The notes beneath the pieces are model-generated. The model made no database searches. It had not been told where the DNA came from and was given only the letters and a program-made list of their open reading frames with translations. Made by a program: the position numbers and the translations under genes. A stretch of DNA of 63,262 nt, the filler included, from Octopus bimaculoides (Eukaryota): NCBI RefSeq assembly GCF_001194135.2. It is 4 parts of 4 records of this genome, joined end to end, with 100 filler letters (N's around TTAATTAATTAA, not from the genome) between each part and the next. Parts side by side here need not be neighbours in the genome. Positions count along the whole stretch, not along the records: positions 1 to 28,169 come from NC_068998.1; 3 more parts are not named here. One strand, 5' to 3'. This document shows, piece by piece, positions 1 to 11,257 of this stretch (the stretch's first letter is position 1; the number at the start of each line of letters is the position of its first letter).

Positions 1-38
<38 letters not shown>
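1..38. repeat. (TA)n microsatellite
   Basis: Direct sequence. Confidence 0.95.
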
Positions 39-43
<5 letters not shown>

Positions 44-510
44 TGTTATGTGCATAAGTATATATGTATTGGATAAAAGAGAATCCTGAGGTTTCAAACC
101 AATCCTTTCATCTGAGAAATACTTTCCTCTGACAAAGAGCTTGGATCAAAATGTTAGAATTCTGTTTTCCCTACATCATGCAAGCTTCCATCAATCATTT
201 TTGACAATGAAAACCACCATTAGTTTCAAATGAATCTTTTTTTTGTTTTGTTTACTATCTAATGTTTGAAGTCAGAACTATGTGGTTAAAATAGTCACTT
301 TGCAATGTCATGATGACATGTTCTATCACATTGCACAGTTCTTTGAGAACGTACCTTCTATAGCCTTGCGTTGACCAATATTTTCTGAGTGGAATTTGTA
401 GATAGAAACTGCATAGAAAGTTAATGTATATATGTGGGTATGACATGATATTGTTTGTTTAACCCTTTCATTACCCTATTTCTGTTGAAATGCATGACTT
501 TTGTTTCAAA

Positions 511-837
511 GCTCAGTTGTTAGAGCGTCGGGCTCACAATTATAAGGTAGTGAGTTTGATTCCTGGACCGGGCTGTGCATTGTGTTCTTGAGCCTGACAC
601 TTTATTTCATGCTGCTCCAGTTCACTCAGCTGTAGAATTGAGTTGCGACATCACTGGTGCCCAGCCGTATTGACTTTTGCCTTTCCCTTGGATAACATTG
701 GTGGTATGGAGAGGAGAGGCTGGTATGCATGGGTGACTGCTGGTCTTCCATAAACAATCTTGCCTGAACTTATGCCTCGGAGATTAACTTTCTAGGTGCA
801 GTCCCATGGTCATTCACGAGCAAAGGGGGTCTTTACC
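511..837 (+). mobile_element. tRNA-derived SINE
   Basis: tRNA-like head gctcagttgttagagcgtcgggctcacaat...gagtttgattcctgg (A/B-box-like), then a body containing tgtgttcttgagcctgacacttt. Confidence 0.7.
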
Positions 838-892
838 TGTTTCAACTAATTCAAAAAATAATGAAAAGTTTACTAAAATAACTTTGTCATTA

Positions 893-1118
893 TTAATCCT
901 TTAGCATTTCAACTGGCCATATCCGGCCTAAATATTCTACCTGTTTTATATTCAAACTGGTCAGATCTGGCCTTTCACATCTACCTTACAATGTCATTAT
1001 GAAGATAAACAATCGAATCATTGAAATATTAATGCTATGAAATAAAGCATAATTAATTCAAAACAATTACAATAAGTATGTATTACATTTGACAGTAATC
1101 TGAACGCTGAAGTGTTAA
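893..1118 (+). mobile_element. piggyBac-like MITE (family B) inserted at a TTAA inside family A
   Basis: ttaatcctttagcattt ... ctgaacgctgaagtgttaa; homologous to 4863-5062. Confidence 0.65.
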
Positions 1119-1451
1119 ACTAATGTTTGGAACATAAGTTAACATAAAATTTTTGGTGGGTGTTTTTAATTTAGGCTATTTAAAACAGGAAGTTTGTCTC
1201 ATAAAACTGGGGGCAATTTGATATTAAAAGACTTAATGCACATTTTTTTTCTATATTAGCCTAGGTTGGATGGGGACGTATTTGATGTAGGATGCTTTTA
1301 CTATCACCAACCTTTACTAGTTTTTCAAGAAACGAAAGTTTCTACTCCACTCCTTTGAAAGCACAGAATGATTTGTCCTAAAGTCCAATCATTTCACTTA
1401 AGTGAAGCTATGATATGTAAGCGCTCACTCACACACACACACTCATACATA

Positions 1452-1850
1452 CACAAGGTGCATTCCAGAAGTATTAAGACGTTTTCACAGACTTCAGAAA
1501 AGTACAAAATTCTAATCTCCTTCAAAGTAGGATCCCCCGACTTCAATGCACTTGTTTTAACACTCCAGCAACTTCATAAAGGCCCCATGGAAGTCCTCCA
1601 ACGTGAAAGTGTCCAGAATCCATGTCACAAACTCCATCTTCTCTGTGTTCAAAATTATTGCCTCTAAGGTTCTTTTTCAGCTTGGAGAACAACCAAAAGT
1701 CACAGGGAGCAAGGTCTGGACTCTAGGGAGGGCGAGGAGCAGCGCTGATGCCCATCTCTGTCAAGTAGTTAGTTACCAAGATGGAATTATGACGAGCAGT
1801 GTTTAGTAGGGTGTGTTGAAAATGTTATTAGCCATTTTCTTCAGTCTGGA
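1452..1850 (-). mobile_element. Mariner transposase C-terminal remnant
   Basis: Minus translation NTARHNSILVTNYLTEMGISAAPRPP*SPDLAPCDFWLFSKLKKNLRG...KCIEVGGSYFEGD* contains the (Y)SPDLAP-D motif; in-frame stops. Confidence 0.85.
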
Positions 1851-1893
1851 ATTAAAAAAAAAAAAAGTTGGCAGGCCAAATTAGATGTATAGT

Positions 1894-2278
1894 TGTTGTT
1901 GGCACTCCGTCACTTATGACATCGAGGGTTCCAGTTGATCCGATCAACAGAACAAGCTGCTCGTGAAATTAACGTGCAAGTGGCTGAGCACTCCACAGAC
2001 ACGTGTACCCTTAAAGTAGTTCTTGGGGATGTTCAGCGTGACACAGTGTGACAAGGCTGACCCTTTGAACTACAGGCACAACAGAGACAGGAAGAAAGAG
2101 TGAGAGAAAGTTGTGGTGAAAGAGTACAGCAGGGTTTACCACCATCCCCTGCCGGAGCCTCGTGGAGCTTTAGGTGTTTTCGCTCAATAAACACTCACAA
2201 CACCTGGTCTGGGAATCGAAACCGTGATCCTATGACCGTGAGTCCGCTACCCTAACCACTGGGCCATTGCGCCTCCAC
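1894..2278 (-). mobile_element. Full-length tRNA-derived SINE with 11-bp TSD
   Basis: Reverse complement starts gtggaggcgcaatggcccagtggttaggg...gtttcgattccc and ends in a (caa)n tail. agatgtatagt flanks both sides (1883-1893, 2279-2289). Second copy at 58669-59050. Confidence 0.9.
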
Positions 2279-3107
2279 AGATGTATAGTAATGATATACT
2301 AAAGTTACAAATGTCTAGGACAGTCATAACTGCCTCTCTTAAAAAAAAAAAAAGTTACAAAACCTCTGGTATGCAGAGCTGTAGCAGTTATGCTTAAATA
2401 AAGTACAAGCAAGACATGGTCCCCTGACCTTCTAGGAAGGCAGAAATGCCAAATAAGGAGTTGGACTGTGATGATCTGTCCAAGTCATACCAACATGATA
2501 AGTGGTCATGAAATGATGATGATGACCCTCTATTTCAAATGAATATAAAATGGTGAAAAATAGAAGAGAACAAAAATGTTTCGAAGTTATATATAGTTTT
2601 ATTGTAAAAAGAAATGTTTGATTGAATTTTTTTCATATTTTGAAATTAAATATTGATAAATCTGAGATATAAAAATAAATTAATATCAGGTTGAGGAGAT
2701 GAGCATGAAATTCAATAAATAAATAAATAGTTAAGTGAAGTTTATTATCAATATTAATTTCAATTCGAACAGTTTTTTGCAATCTCACCAGTACTTTTTC
2801 CAGTTTCTGAGAATATTTCAATTTTTCAATTAATAAAAAAATCCCATATATTCATTTTTAATATCCGTCTTCCTGTGCTAAAATTTGTTTTAAATGGAGA
2901 GTTAGTTGACACAGGATCTTATGGCTGGATGCCTTTCCTGTCTCCAACCTTTATTTTTCAAGTAAGAGATTTCTTTATTCCATGTTTTCAAAAGCACAGA
3001 GCACCACACATTTTAGGCTCATCATGTCAACAAGGAAGGCTAAAATCAGTCCTATTTCACTCAAACAGTAACAGGTGCAGAATATCAACATTCACACACA
3101 CACACTG

Positions 3108-3252
3108 GGCTTCCTGCAGTTTCTGTCTATCAAATTCCCTCATAGCATTGGTTGGCTCAGGGCTTATAATAGAAGACACCCAATGTGCTGTGCATTGGAG
3201 TTGAGCTGTAAATCATGAAGTTGCAAAGCAAACTTCTTAACCACACAGCTAT
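3108..3252 (-). mobile_element. Degenerate SINE head (same family as 20744-21146)
   Basis: Similar to the reverse complement of the SINE head (ctataatagaagacac...cttaaccacacagc). Confidence 0.65.
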
Positions 3253-3567
3253 GTGTGTGTGTGTGTATTGTGATCGAAAAGAATAAAAAAATGAAAAGAA
3301 AATAATTGTGGTAGTTATAGAAATTAAAAAAATCAAGTCTTGTCATATTTATAGAAAAAATTTCAGTTATATCCTGAAGCTGAACTGGTATTATTTTTAA
3401 AAAAGGACACATTGAATAATGTAGCCCTAGACAAATTGTGTCTGAATAAAAGAGAGGACTGTTGCAGTCTGGACACCTTTGGTCAAAGGTCAGATGGATT
3501 GGAGCTGACCAGGGGCTAAACAATTAATAATCATACTTGTTAACATTTCTGGGAAAATAAATGCATT

Positions 3568-3701
3568 TTAAGTTTTGTTTTGTTCTCTCTGAGAGAGTTG
3601 GTCTAGGAAGCATTTTAAACTATCATAATGCTCGTTACTGCCTTCATCTGCATCATCGTCATCATTATCCTCATCATCTTCATCCTCTTCATTATTGTTG
3701 T
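3568..3701 (-). CDS. SNAPC5: SNAPC5-like, terminal exon: (D)NNNEEDEDDEDNDDDDADEGSNEHYDSLKCFLDQLSQREQNKT*
   Basis: Acceptor tttctttttcacatctatttcaag, phase 1, open to TAA at 3570-3568. An acidic C-terminus is expected for SNAPC5. Confidence 0.7.
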
Positions 3702-4204
3702 CTTGAAATAGATGTGAAAAAGAAATCAGATTTAACGAAAAACCAGCAAAGTTATTTTGATATCTAAATAATTAAATTGATTAATTAATTTAGGATTTAA
3801 TTAAGAACTGAATTTTCATATATTTAAACTGAGAGCATTTTGGAGTTTGAGAAAATAGTAGAAATTAGACAAAAATCTCAATCCTTTCAGTATGTAGTTC
3901 TGTCTTTCAATGATCTGAGCTTAAATCCAACTATAGTTGAGTTTGTCTTCCTTTCCACCATGGTCAATAAAAATAAGTACCACTCATATTCCAGAATTGA
4001 TTTACTCGACTATACTTGAGCACCTTGTCACCATTATCTATCTCTTTACAACTATTGATCATTTCTTGTTTCTCTTTCTCCCCTTCTGCTACAAAATTTG
4101 AGTAGCCATGCATATCCGCTACAAGAATTTGCTCTGACCCCACCCCCAATATCTCATACTTTAACTCCTCATCCCCCAGCATGAAGCTGATCTCACACCT
4201 CCCT

Positions 4205-4430
4205 TGGGGTTCATAGACCTGCATGCCAATGGCAATAGTGCTAGTGGCATGAAAAAAAGGCTCCCAGTACATGCTGTAAAGTAGCTGGTATTAGGAAAGG
4301 CATCCAGATATAGAAAACTATGCCAAAGTACACATTGGAGCATGATACAGTCCTTCAATCCATTGGATATTGTCAGCTCATCCAACCAATGTCAGCAGAA
4401 AACATAAGTGTTAAATGATGGTGATGACAA
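4205..4430 (+). mobile_element. RTE LINE 3' UTR fragment
   Basis: ggtattaggaaaggcatccag...tccaaccaatgtcagc...ttaaatgatggtgatg matches the RTE tail seen elsewhere in the window. Confidence 0.7.
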
Positions 4431-4862
4431 CTTCCACTTCTTGTGTCAGATCACATCAAAAAAGGCTCCGATAATTGTAATTATGTAACCAATATAACCT
4501 GTTTCATGGTTGAGCCATCGGTGATTAAACCAGCAACACTAACTCTAGAGTCTCCTTGTGTGTGATGTGTGAGTCAGCATACTGATAAAAACCAATAGCT
4601 GTCAACAAGAACAGATGAACTCAACAAAGAGTCAAAGCCTAAAAATAGAGAGAGCATCCATCAAGGCTTTTGAGTTGAGTATTGCTAACTCTTATCATTC
4701 ATATATATTTGTGCATACACGCACACACACACACTTTTGAATTACTCTCTTGACAATCTCTGCACCCATTTGTCTCTCAGATGTGCTGGCCTTATCTTTC
4801 TTCTGATCAAAGACTTGGGTGAGAGAAGCCCCTTGATAAGAGCAAGGGCTACCCGAGATGAT

Positions 4863-5062
4863 TTAACCTTTTAACATTTAAACCAGCAATATCCAGTTCA
4901 AATATGCTGTTTTATGTTCAAACTGGCCAGATCGGACTTCTCACACATATCCTACAATGTCTTTCTAAACTATTGAAGCTATGAGATAATGCATGATCAA
5001 TTCAAAACAATGTGAATAAATAATCATTACATTTGACAGAGTATCTGAATGCTAAAGGGTTA
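4863..5062 (+). mobile_element. piggyBac-like MITE (family B)
   Basis: TIRs ttaaccttttaacattt / aatgctaaagggtta; homologous to 893-1118. Confidence 0.7.
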
Positions 5063-5687
5063 GATCAATCCTGGCTAAGATTATAATCATTTTATCTTCC
5101 ATATAGTTAGAAACAATAGACTGGTGCCATTATTTATCCTCACATCTACATGTGGCCAAGTGCTGAGGAGAGAAATTTTGAATTTGATTTTAGAGAGGAA
5201 ACCAGAAGGATGTATATAAAAAAAAAACCCAATTATCTTTGGAATATTTGAAATAACAAACTACTGAACTGCCAACTAGAAGTTGACAAATTCATATCTA
5301 CTATGGGTAATTTATTTTGTTTTCTTTTTACACATACACCTTCACAATACCAAACTGGCCTTTCTGTCAGCATCATTCACTTTTTTGAATTTACATTTAT
5401 TGTGTACAAGCCTCACTACTTACTGTTCACACTATAAAGTGGATGGCTTTAAACAGAGGAAGAATAGGATTGTGATGTCCCTCTAGTCCCATCTTGTCAA
5501 GGGCTATTCAACCTCACTGGTGTTGTTGCCATGAGAAAATGCACCCAGTAGATTCTGTAGGAATGTGGTTGATATCAGGAACAGCATCTTGTAGTAACCA
5601 AGTTAAACGATGCAAAGAGGCATCTAGTCTTTGGGAGCTGACTAAGGTGTCATGTAGTTGTGAAGTGAACTTTAAAACTTCGTATAC

Positions 5688-5718
5688 CTGCATCTTCTGT
5701 GGTGGTTAAAGGCTTATT
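5688..5718 (-). CDS. SNAPC5: SNAPC5-like, candidate exon 3: NKPLTTTEDA
   Basis: aacag|AATAAGCC...GATGCAG|gtatac; 31 nt, phase 0 in and phase 1 out, exactly bridging exons 2 and 4. Weak polypyrimidine tract. Confidence 0.5.
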
Positions 5719-6624
5719 CTGTTATGTACATGGCAGAATTAGGCTCCTAGCATATAAACAAGGTTATGGTGAGTCAACAGGAAAGCCTCTATGTGGTCAT
5801 TTGTCCTGCTAGAAACAGCAGTCAAACACCTTCCAAATCACTCTTTGCCATCCCCAAAACAAGAGGCAGCTTTCACTTTTTTGCAGTTGATGAAATGAAG
5901 TAATATTAGAATATGTGGGTGAAGTAGGTGGGAGAGCACAATATAACAGATTAAAACCACTCAAATGCCTTCACTACAGAGTGGCCATATTCCAATGACT
6001 GAAAAGAATAGAAGAATAAGCAAAGATATATTTGAAGATGGTAGCCTTATGCTCTTTTTGGCAACAGTGATGCATTTAAAAATGAATAATTACAATATGA
6101 ACAATAAGTGTATTATAAACATGAACCTACAGAATCGGTTTGTTTCTAACATCAGAGGGACACTATTTATATTTTCATCTGTTTCCATTGCCTGAAAATA
6201 AATCAAATGAAAAGGTTTACAATGTTTAACCTTCTCCTTTGCTATCCTGACTATTCGCATTAAATAATAATGAAAAAAAAACAAACCGTTTATGTTTTAC
6301 TGTTTCAGTCAATCAAACAGACCCCAGTACATACTTTTTTAAAGTTTGGTACTTTTCCTCTATCAGTTTCTTTTGCCAAACTGTCAGGCAGTGGTGGGAC
6401 ACACACACACACACAAATACAGCAAAAAATCAATACAGTTTCTATCTACCATATTCACTCTCAACTCACATTCTAATATCTACTTTTTGATGCATACATA
6501 GGTCAGACAGAGTTTGTTGAGGTAGATTTTCCATGCCCAAAAGATGACATCCATTTATAACAATCATAGTACATCTAGCCAAGGAGACACAAACAAACAC
6601 ATATATATATATAGATAGATAGAT

Positions 6625-6770
6625 ATGATGGTCTTCTTTCAGTTTTTGTCATCCAAATCCATTCGCAAGGCTTTGGTTGATCCAGGGCTATAATAGAAGA
6701 CACCTGCCCAATGTACCATGCAGTGGGACTGGATCCAAAACTGTGTGATTGGTAAGCAAATTTCTTAAAC
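6625..6770 (-). mobile_element. Degenerate SINE head
   Basis: cttctttcagtttttgtcatccaaatcc...ggctataatagaagacacctgccca matches the SINE family at 49331-49726. Confidence 0.7.
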
Positions 6771-6904
6771 ACTTTTATGTAGATCTTCTTGTAACTTAAG
6801 AATATGCCCTGATACCTCTTCACTATCTTTTCTCCTTTCCCAGCTGGCATAACCTGCAAAACACCTGTTTCTGTCTCCACCTGGCATAAAGCCATCTTTC
6901 TCAG

Positions 6905-7115
6905 ATGAGGGATCTTGTCTTATGAGTTATTTAGTGACCTCACTAGTAAAAAGCACCTAGTAGACTCTGTGAAGTAGTTGATGTTAGGAATGGCATCCAG
7001 CTATAGAAATGATGTCAAAGCAGACATTGGAGCTTGGCATAGTCCTCTGGCTCATCAACTCCTGTCAAACCATTCAATCCATGCTAGCATGGAAAATGGA
7101 CATTAAACATTGATG
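6905..7115 (+). mobile_element. RTE LINE 3' UTR fragment
   Basis: gttaggaatggcatccagct...catgctagcatggaaaatggacattaaacattgatgat tail. Confidence 0.7.
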
Positions 7116-7296
7116 ATACATATATATATATTGACGACAATATGCACAGACAGTCAGGCACACAGACAGATAACTGCTATAAGTTTTGTTCAGAGTGGAA
7201 GATTCATTGACTTAAAAGAATTCAACTGCAGCTATTTTACTTGAAGAATAACAGTTCTCATCAAAGACTTAGCTTATTTTATCATTGAAAACTTAC

Positions 7297-7386
7297 CTGT
7301 TTTTCATTTTTCTTTAGTTGGCCTGCATCTTCATCATGACAACCTTCTTCTACAGCTATTTTATGCTTTAGCGCAAGCTCTTCAAC
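7297..7386 (-). CDS. SNAPC5: SNAPC5-like, exon 2: VEELALKHKIAVEEGCHDEDAGQLKKNEKQ
   Basis: ttgtttttcttttag acceptor, CAG|gtaagt donor, 90 nt, phase 0/0. Joined to exon 1 it gives HEDQLSRLK-VEELAL, matching the conserved SNAPC5 LHDQLNRLKVEELAL motif. Confidence 0.88.
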
Positions 7387-8239
7387 CTAAAAGAAAAACA
7401 AGAAACTAGTTTTGAAACATATTTTCGTTTCCTAATATGAGTTGCATAAATCTACAAATTTTGAAGTGAAAAAAGGGCATATTTCTCCATAAGCACAAAC
7501 AACAACATGATAAAAACAAGTATTTATCTCGAAGTTTTGACACGAGCAGCAGAAATATAAACTGTTCTTGTTAGACTATAGTAGGAAGCACTTACAGATG
7601 AATTTGAAGCTAACCTTGTCACTAAAATTCGCAGAGGCAAGTTTGTAGAATTAAATTGACCACTCAAATACTGAAGACAACTCATTTGTGCTTCTTTATA
7701 ATTAACATTACAAAGAGTGGATATTTTCTGTTTGGCTGCACCTGTGGAAATCACAAAGTTTAGTGAAAATTTTAAAATTTGGTGTATTGATGTAATTTTC
7801 CACAGTGTATATCAGGGGATATTTAACTTTTTCCAGAAAAATGTTTTAAAAAAGTTACCAAGGTCATTTTGTGCATGACAGCATATGTTGTCAACTGTAA
7901 ACAAATTAAATATTGGCAGAATTCTGCTTTATGCACACCTTATAACCTCTTATAACTTCTTTTATTTATTGGAATTTTCAGAAAAGTTTTGCAAATTTGT
8001 ATTCTACATGTGGGAATTTATAATTTATGCAAAAAAAAGTTGGTGTGTGATTTAAGGCCTATTTAGCTATTATCTTTAGTACATCTTACAACCATTTAAT
8101 AAGTGAAAAATGACCAAGTGAGTAAATAGCTTGGGAAGAGCTTGGCTTGTTACTATGAAAACAGGCATGAATGTGTCCTGTCTGCAGCCTACAATTGGTT
8201 AAAATTACTGAAAATTTGTAAATTTAAAAGCTAATAATC

Positions 8240-8670
8240 ATCATCAGTGTTTAACATCCATTTTCCATGCTGGCATGGGTTGGATGGTTTGACTGGAGAC
8301 TGGTAAGCCAGGAGACCACACCAGGCTCCAATCTGATCTGGCAATGTTTCTACAGCTGCATGCCTTTCCTAATGCCAACCACTCTGAGTGTAATGGGTGC
8401 TTTTTATGCGCCACCGGCATGGGAGCCAGTCAGGTGACACTGGCATCGGCCACCTCAAGCACAAAATGTTGCCTGACGATTAAAAGGTATTTTTTAAACA
8501 GGCTGGTTATGCAACACTGGTGTAGGCTATGGCTGTGATCTCACTTTCCTTGCTGGGTCTTCTCAATCACAGCATATCCCCAGAGGTCTCGGTCTTTCGT
8601 CATTGTCTCTGTGAGGCCCAATGTTTGAAGGTCATGCTTCACCACCCCATCTCATGTCTTCCTGGGTCTC
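8240..8670 (-). mobile_element. 5'-truncated RTE LINE (ORF end plus 3' UTR)
   Basis: Minus translation (R)PRKT*DGVVKHDLQTLGLTETMTKDRDLWGYAV, followed by a UTR ending ...ggatgttaaacactgatgatg. Confidence 0.85.
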
Positions 8671-8978
8671 CTTCTTCAATTCTTTAGTTATTGATTGATG
8701 GCACAAATGAATTTCATGTCAATGATTAACACACAAAACTACATCATTACACCTAATATGAAATCAATTGGAACAGAAATTGAAAAGTGGCAGCCAAACA
8801 GAACAGTACTGATCTTTGTAGAGGATCTAAAACTAATTGGGGTTAAAGTATATTTGTCTTTAAGGAGGGTAGCCTAGGCTTTGGGATGCAGATTTGATGT
8901 ATGCAAGGTCCACCAGAACTGAGGCTTAGTATTTGCGTCAATTTTTAGAAACTATTATATAGGTATGGTACATCAAAC

Positions 8979-9069
8979 GGCGGAGGTAAAGAATACGTAC
9001 ACCACCGGTTTTGGGCGTAACAAAAACCCTAACTCTAAACACCGGGTGTGCGTATTCTTTACCTTCGCC
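8979..9069. repeat. Short palindromic (MITE-like) element
   Basis: Arms of about 30 bp (ggcggaggtaaagaatacgtacac / gtgtgcgtattctttaccttcgcc) around a spacer containing aaccctaac. Confidence 0.7.
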
Positions 9070-9520
9070 CATTAAACTGATAAAAGAGAAGTGGTATCAA
9101 GATTATTTCCAAAAGTAAGTGAAGTAGTTCGAAATAACATCTGAAACCCTGCCACGAAATAAATATGTGCTATGTTACAAATTTTAGCATATAATATAAC
9201 TAACTATCTTTCTTCTCGTAGTTTATTTGTTTTTTAGGCGTTTCTTTTATTTTTAACGGCAAGGGGAAACCCTACAGTCAGCCAAATTTCTCTCAAGATA
9301 CTCGCAGTCTAAAACCAAAAGATACAATAGACAATGTAGTCCCTGATAGAGAAAAAAGACGGAATGGTCATGACTGGATTGCATCTCATTATAAGTCTAC
9401 TGAATCAAAATTCATAACAAAGAGAATATAATGAACGAAAATAAATACTTTATATCTTCTAGCATAAGGAAATATTTTACAGAAAATTCAGGATGTAGAG
9501 TTTATACATTTTATACTTAC

Positions 9521-9628
9521 TTTTAAACGACTTAATTGATCTTCGTGAAGTTCTATAATTGATTTTATATATTTTTCTTCCCATTTTAACATGCTAAATT
9601 GTTTTTGAAGATATTCCGTGTTTGACAT
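9521..9628 (-). CDS. SNAPC5: SNAPC5-like (snRNA-activating protein complex subunit 5), exon 1: MSNTEYLQKQFSMLKWEEKYIKSIIELHEDQLSRLK
   Basis: ATG at 9628, 36 codons, donor AAA|gtaagt. Coiled-coil motif continuous with exon 2. Model join 9628-9521, 7386-7297, 5718-5688, 3701-3568 = 120 aa. Confidence 0.88.
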
Positions 9629-9797
9629 AATTAAACAGAAAAGTTACTTTCTCTCTATCAGAAAATTCTATCAATATTTCATCTCACAAATATATATATT
9701 ATTGTATTATACCCGAGCGATTAGTTAGATAAAACAAAACTCTGATGAATCAAGCGTTTACATACTTAATGCAGAAAGCATTTGAAAAGCTAACACA

Positions 9798-9805
9798 ACT
9801 TCCGG
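9798..9805 (-). promoter_or_regulatory. ETS-type motif CCGGAAGT upstream of SNAPC5-like ATG
   Basis: acttccgg on plus, 170 bp upstream of the ATG. Motif match only. Confidence 0.3.
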
Positions 9806-11257
9806 TACCATAATTGTTTGCTTTCGGAATATGTAAATATTTAATTATTTCAATTCTTAATGTTGTTCAAGTTTCTTTGCTTGCATGAAAATCAACATAA
9901 TGAATATTTCATGATGTCGTTTGCCAAGTATGTTAATACTTTTGGCTTTATTGCAGAACATCCAAAGTAAACTGTTCTCAAGTTACAGGCATTAGTGAAG
10001 GGAGGCAACTCTCATTACAGTAAATGTTTTAAAATATTTTAAATATAAACAATATGAGAGACCACTATGTGGATCCCTTGTATGCTAAAAATAGACGTCA
10101 ATTTTGCTTTTTTTGTAAACTGAATTGAAAACTTAAGATTGAAAACATAAAAAATTTCAGTCTGAGAGATGGTAGAAAAACCTCCGTGATTTCTAATAAC
10201 ATTACCGAAAACAAGTTCAGAGTAAAATTCCCAATCAAAATGGTTGAAAAAGAAAGTATAAACAGAAAAAAAAAGAAAATTAGTAATAAACGATAAAATA
10301 TACTGTTATCTTGTGGAATTCTATCTCTGATCGCTGGTATATATGTCAAAGAAAATTGAGCTAATGGAAATAAGATGCCGAAATAAAGAAATAAATACAC
10401 CGCACTCAGTAACAGATATCTGCCCAAAAAGCTGATGTTTAGTTTATCTGTTAGAGTTGACATGGCATTTATATAGTGTTAGTTGTTTTGGTTGTTTCAC
10501 ATTATCTCATAGCAGATTGTGTAGTTCTCCTGGAGAAAAATTTGAAGTTCAATAATGGTATATATGGTAATCTTGCTGAATGTTTTTGTAATAAGAACGT
10601 CTTTGACATCTGGCATAAACGAAATGGATGTAGCATATTAAACGAAATTAAGTTAAGGAGAATAAATGAGCAGGATACAAAAAAAAAAAAAAAGAAAGAA
10701 AGAAAGGAAAAAAATGAATTTCAAAAACAACACGTCTGCTTTCAAGGTGCTAAAAACAAAAAAAGTCCAAAATCACTGTTTAATGGAATATTTCGATTTG
10801 ATTGTCACTTGTGTAAAGAAGATATGCTTTGGTCAAGTTTAGGAATGGCTTAACGCGAAGTCTATGAGAAGTTCCATATACAAAATATTTATTCATCGTT
10901 AACAAAAATGTTGTTATGACAAACGATAGAAAAGAAGATATTTAAGTGGCTAAAAGTACAGAGTACTCTTCGCTGAACAGGATGTAGTGGCTTCATGCAG
11001 GTATGGCGTGGATTCGATCCTCGATCACCAAATTTCACTTAACAGTTCAACAGCACTTTTCTCACGGTAAAACAATAGTTTTTCTGTGAGTGACAGCAGT
11101 TACATTTGCCAGGTGCCTTCACTAAGCAGAATAATGTCTTTGCGACTTGGCCCTTCTAACCTCTTCTATTTCACCAAAAGATCTCCAACGAAATCTGTTG
11201 TTCTCAACAATATATCTATCCTTCTAGCTAATTTTGCATAGTTATAAATACTAGAAT

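Larger units (their letters stand above)
459..1236 (+). mobile_element. piggyBac-like MITE (family A), interrupted by a SINE and a second MITE
   Basis: Starts TTAA-ccctttcattacc and ends atattaaaagac-TTAA. Its pieces match the reverse complement of a second copy at 18655-19060. TTAA-CCC termini are typical of piggyBac. Confidence 0.6.

Noticed and set aside
511-580. tRNA genes at the SINE heads (also 2205-2278, 20744-20815, 60062-60130)
   Set aside because: tRNA-like A/B boxes run into SINE bodies with tails and TSDs; no complete cloverleaf.
6808-6872. Minus-strand candidate exon VMPAGKGEKIVKR for SNAPC5
   Set aside because: Weak donor (gtatca), not needed for phase continuity, and no recognisable homology.
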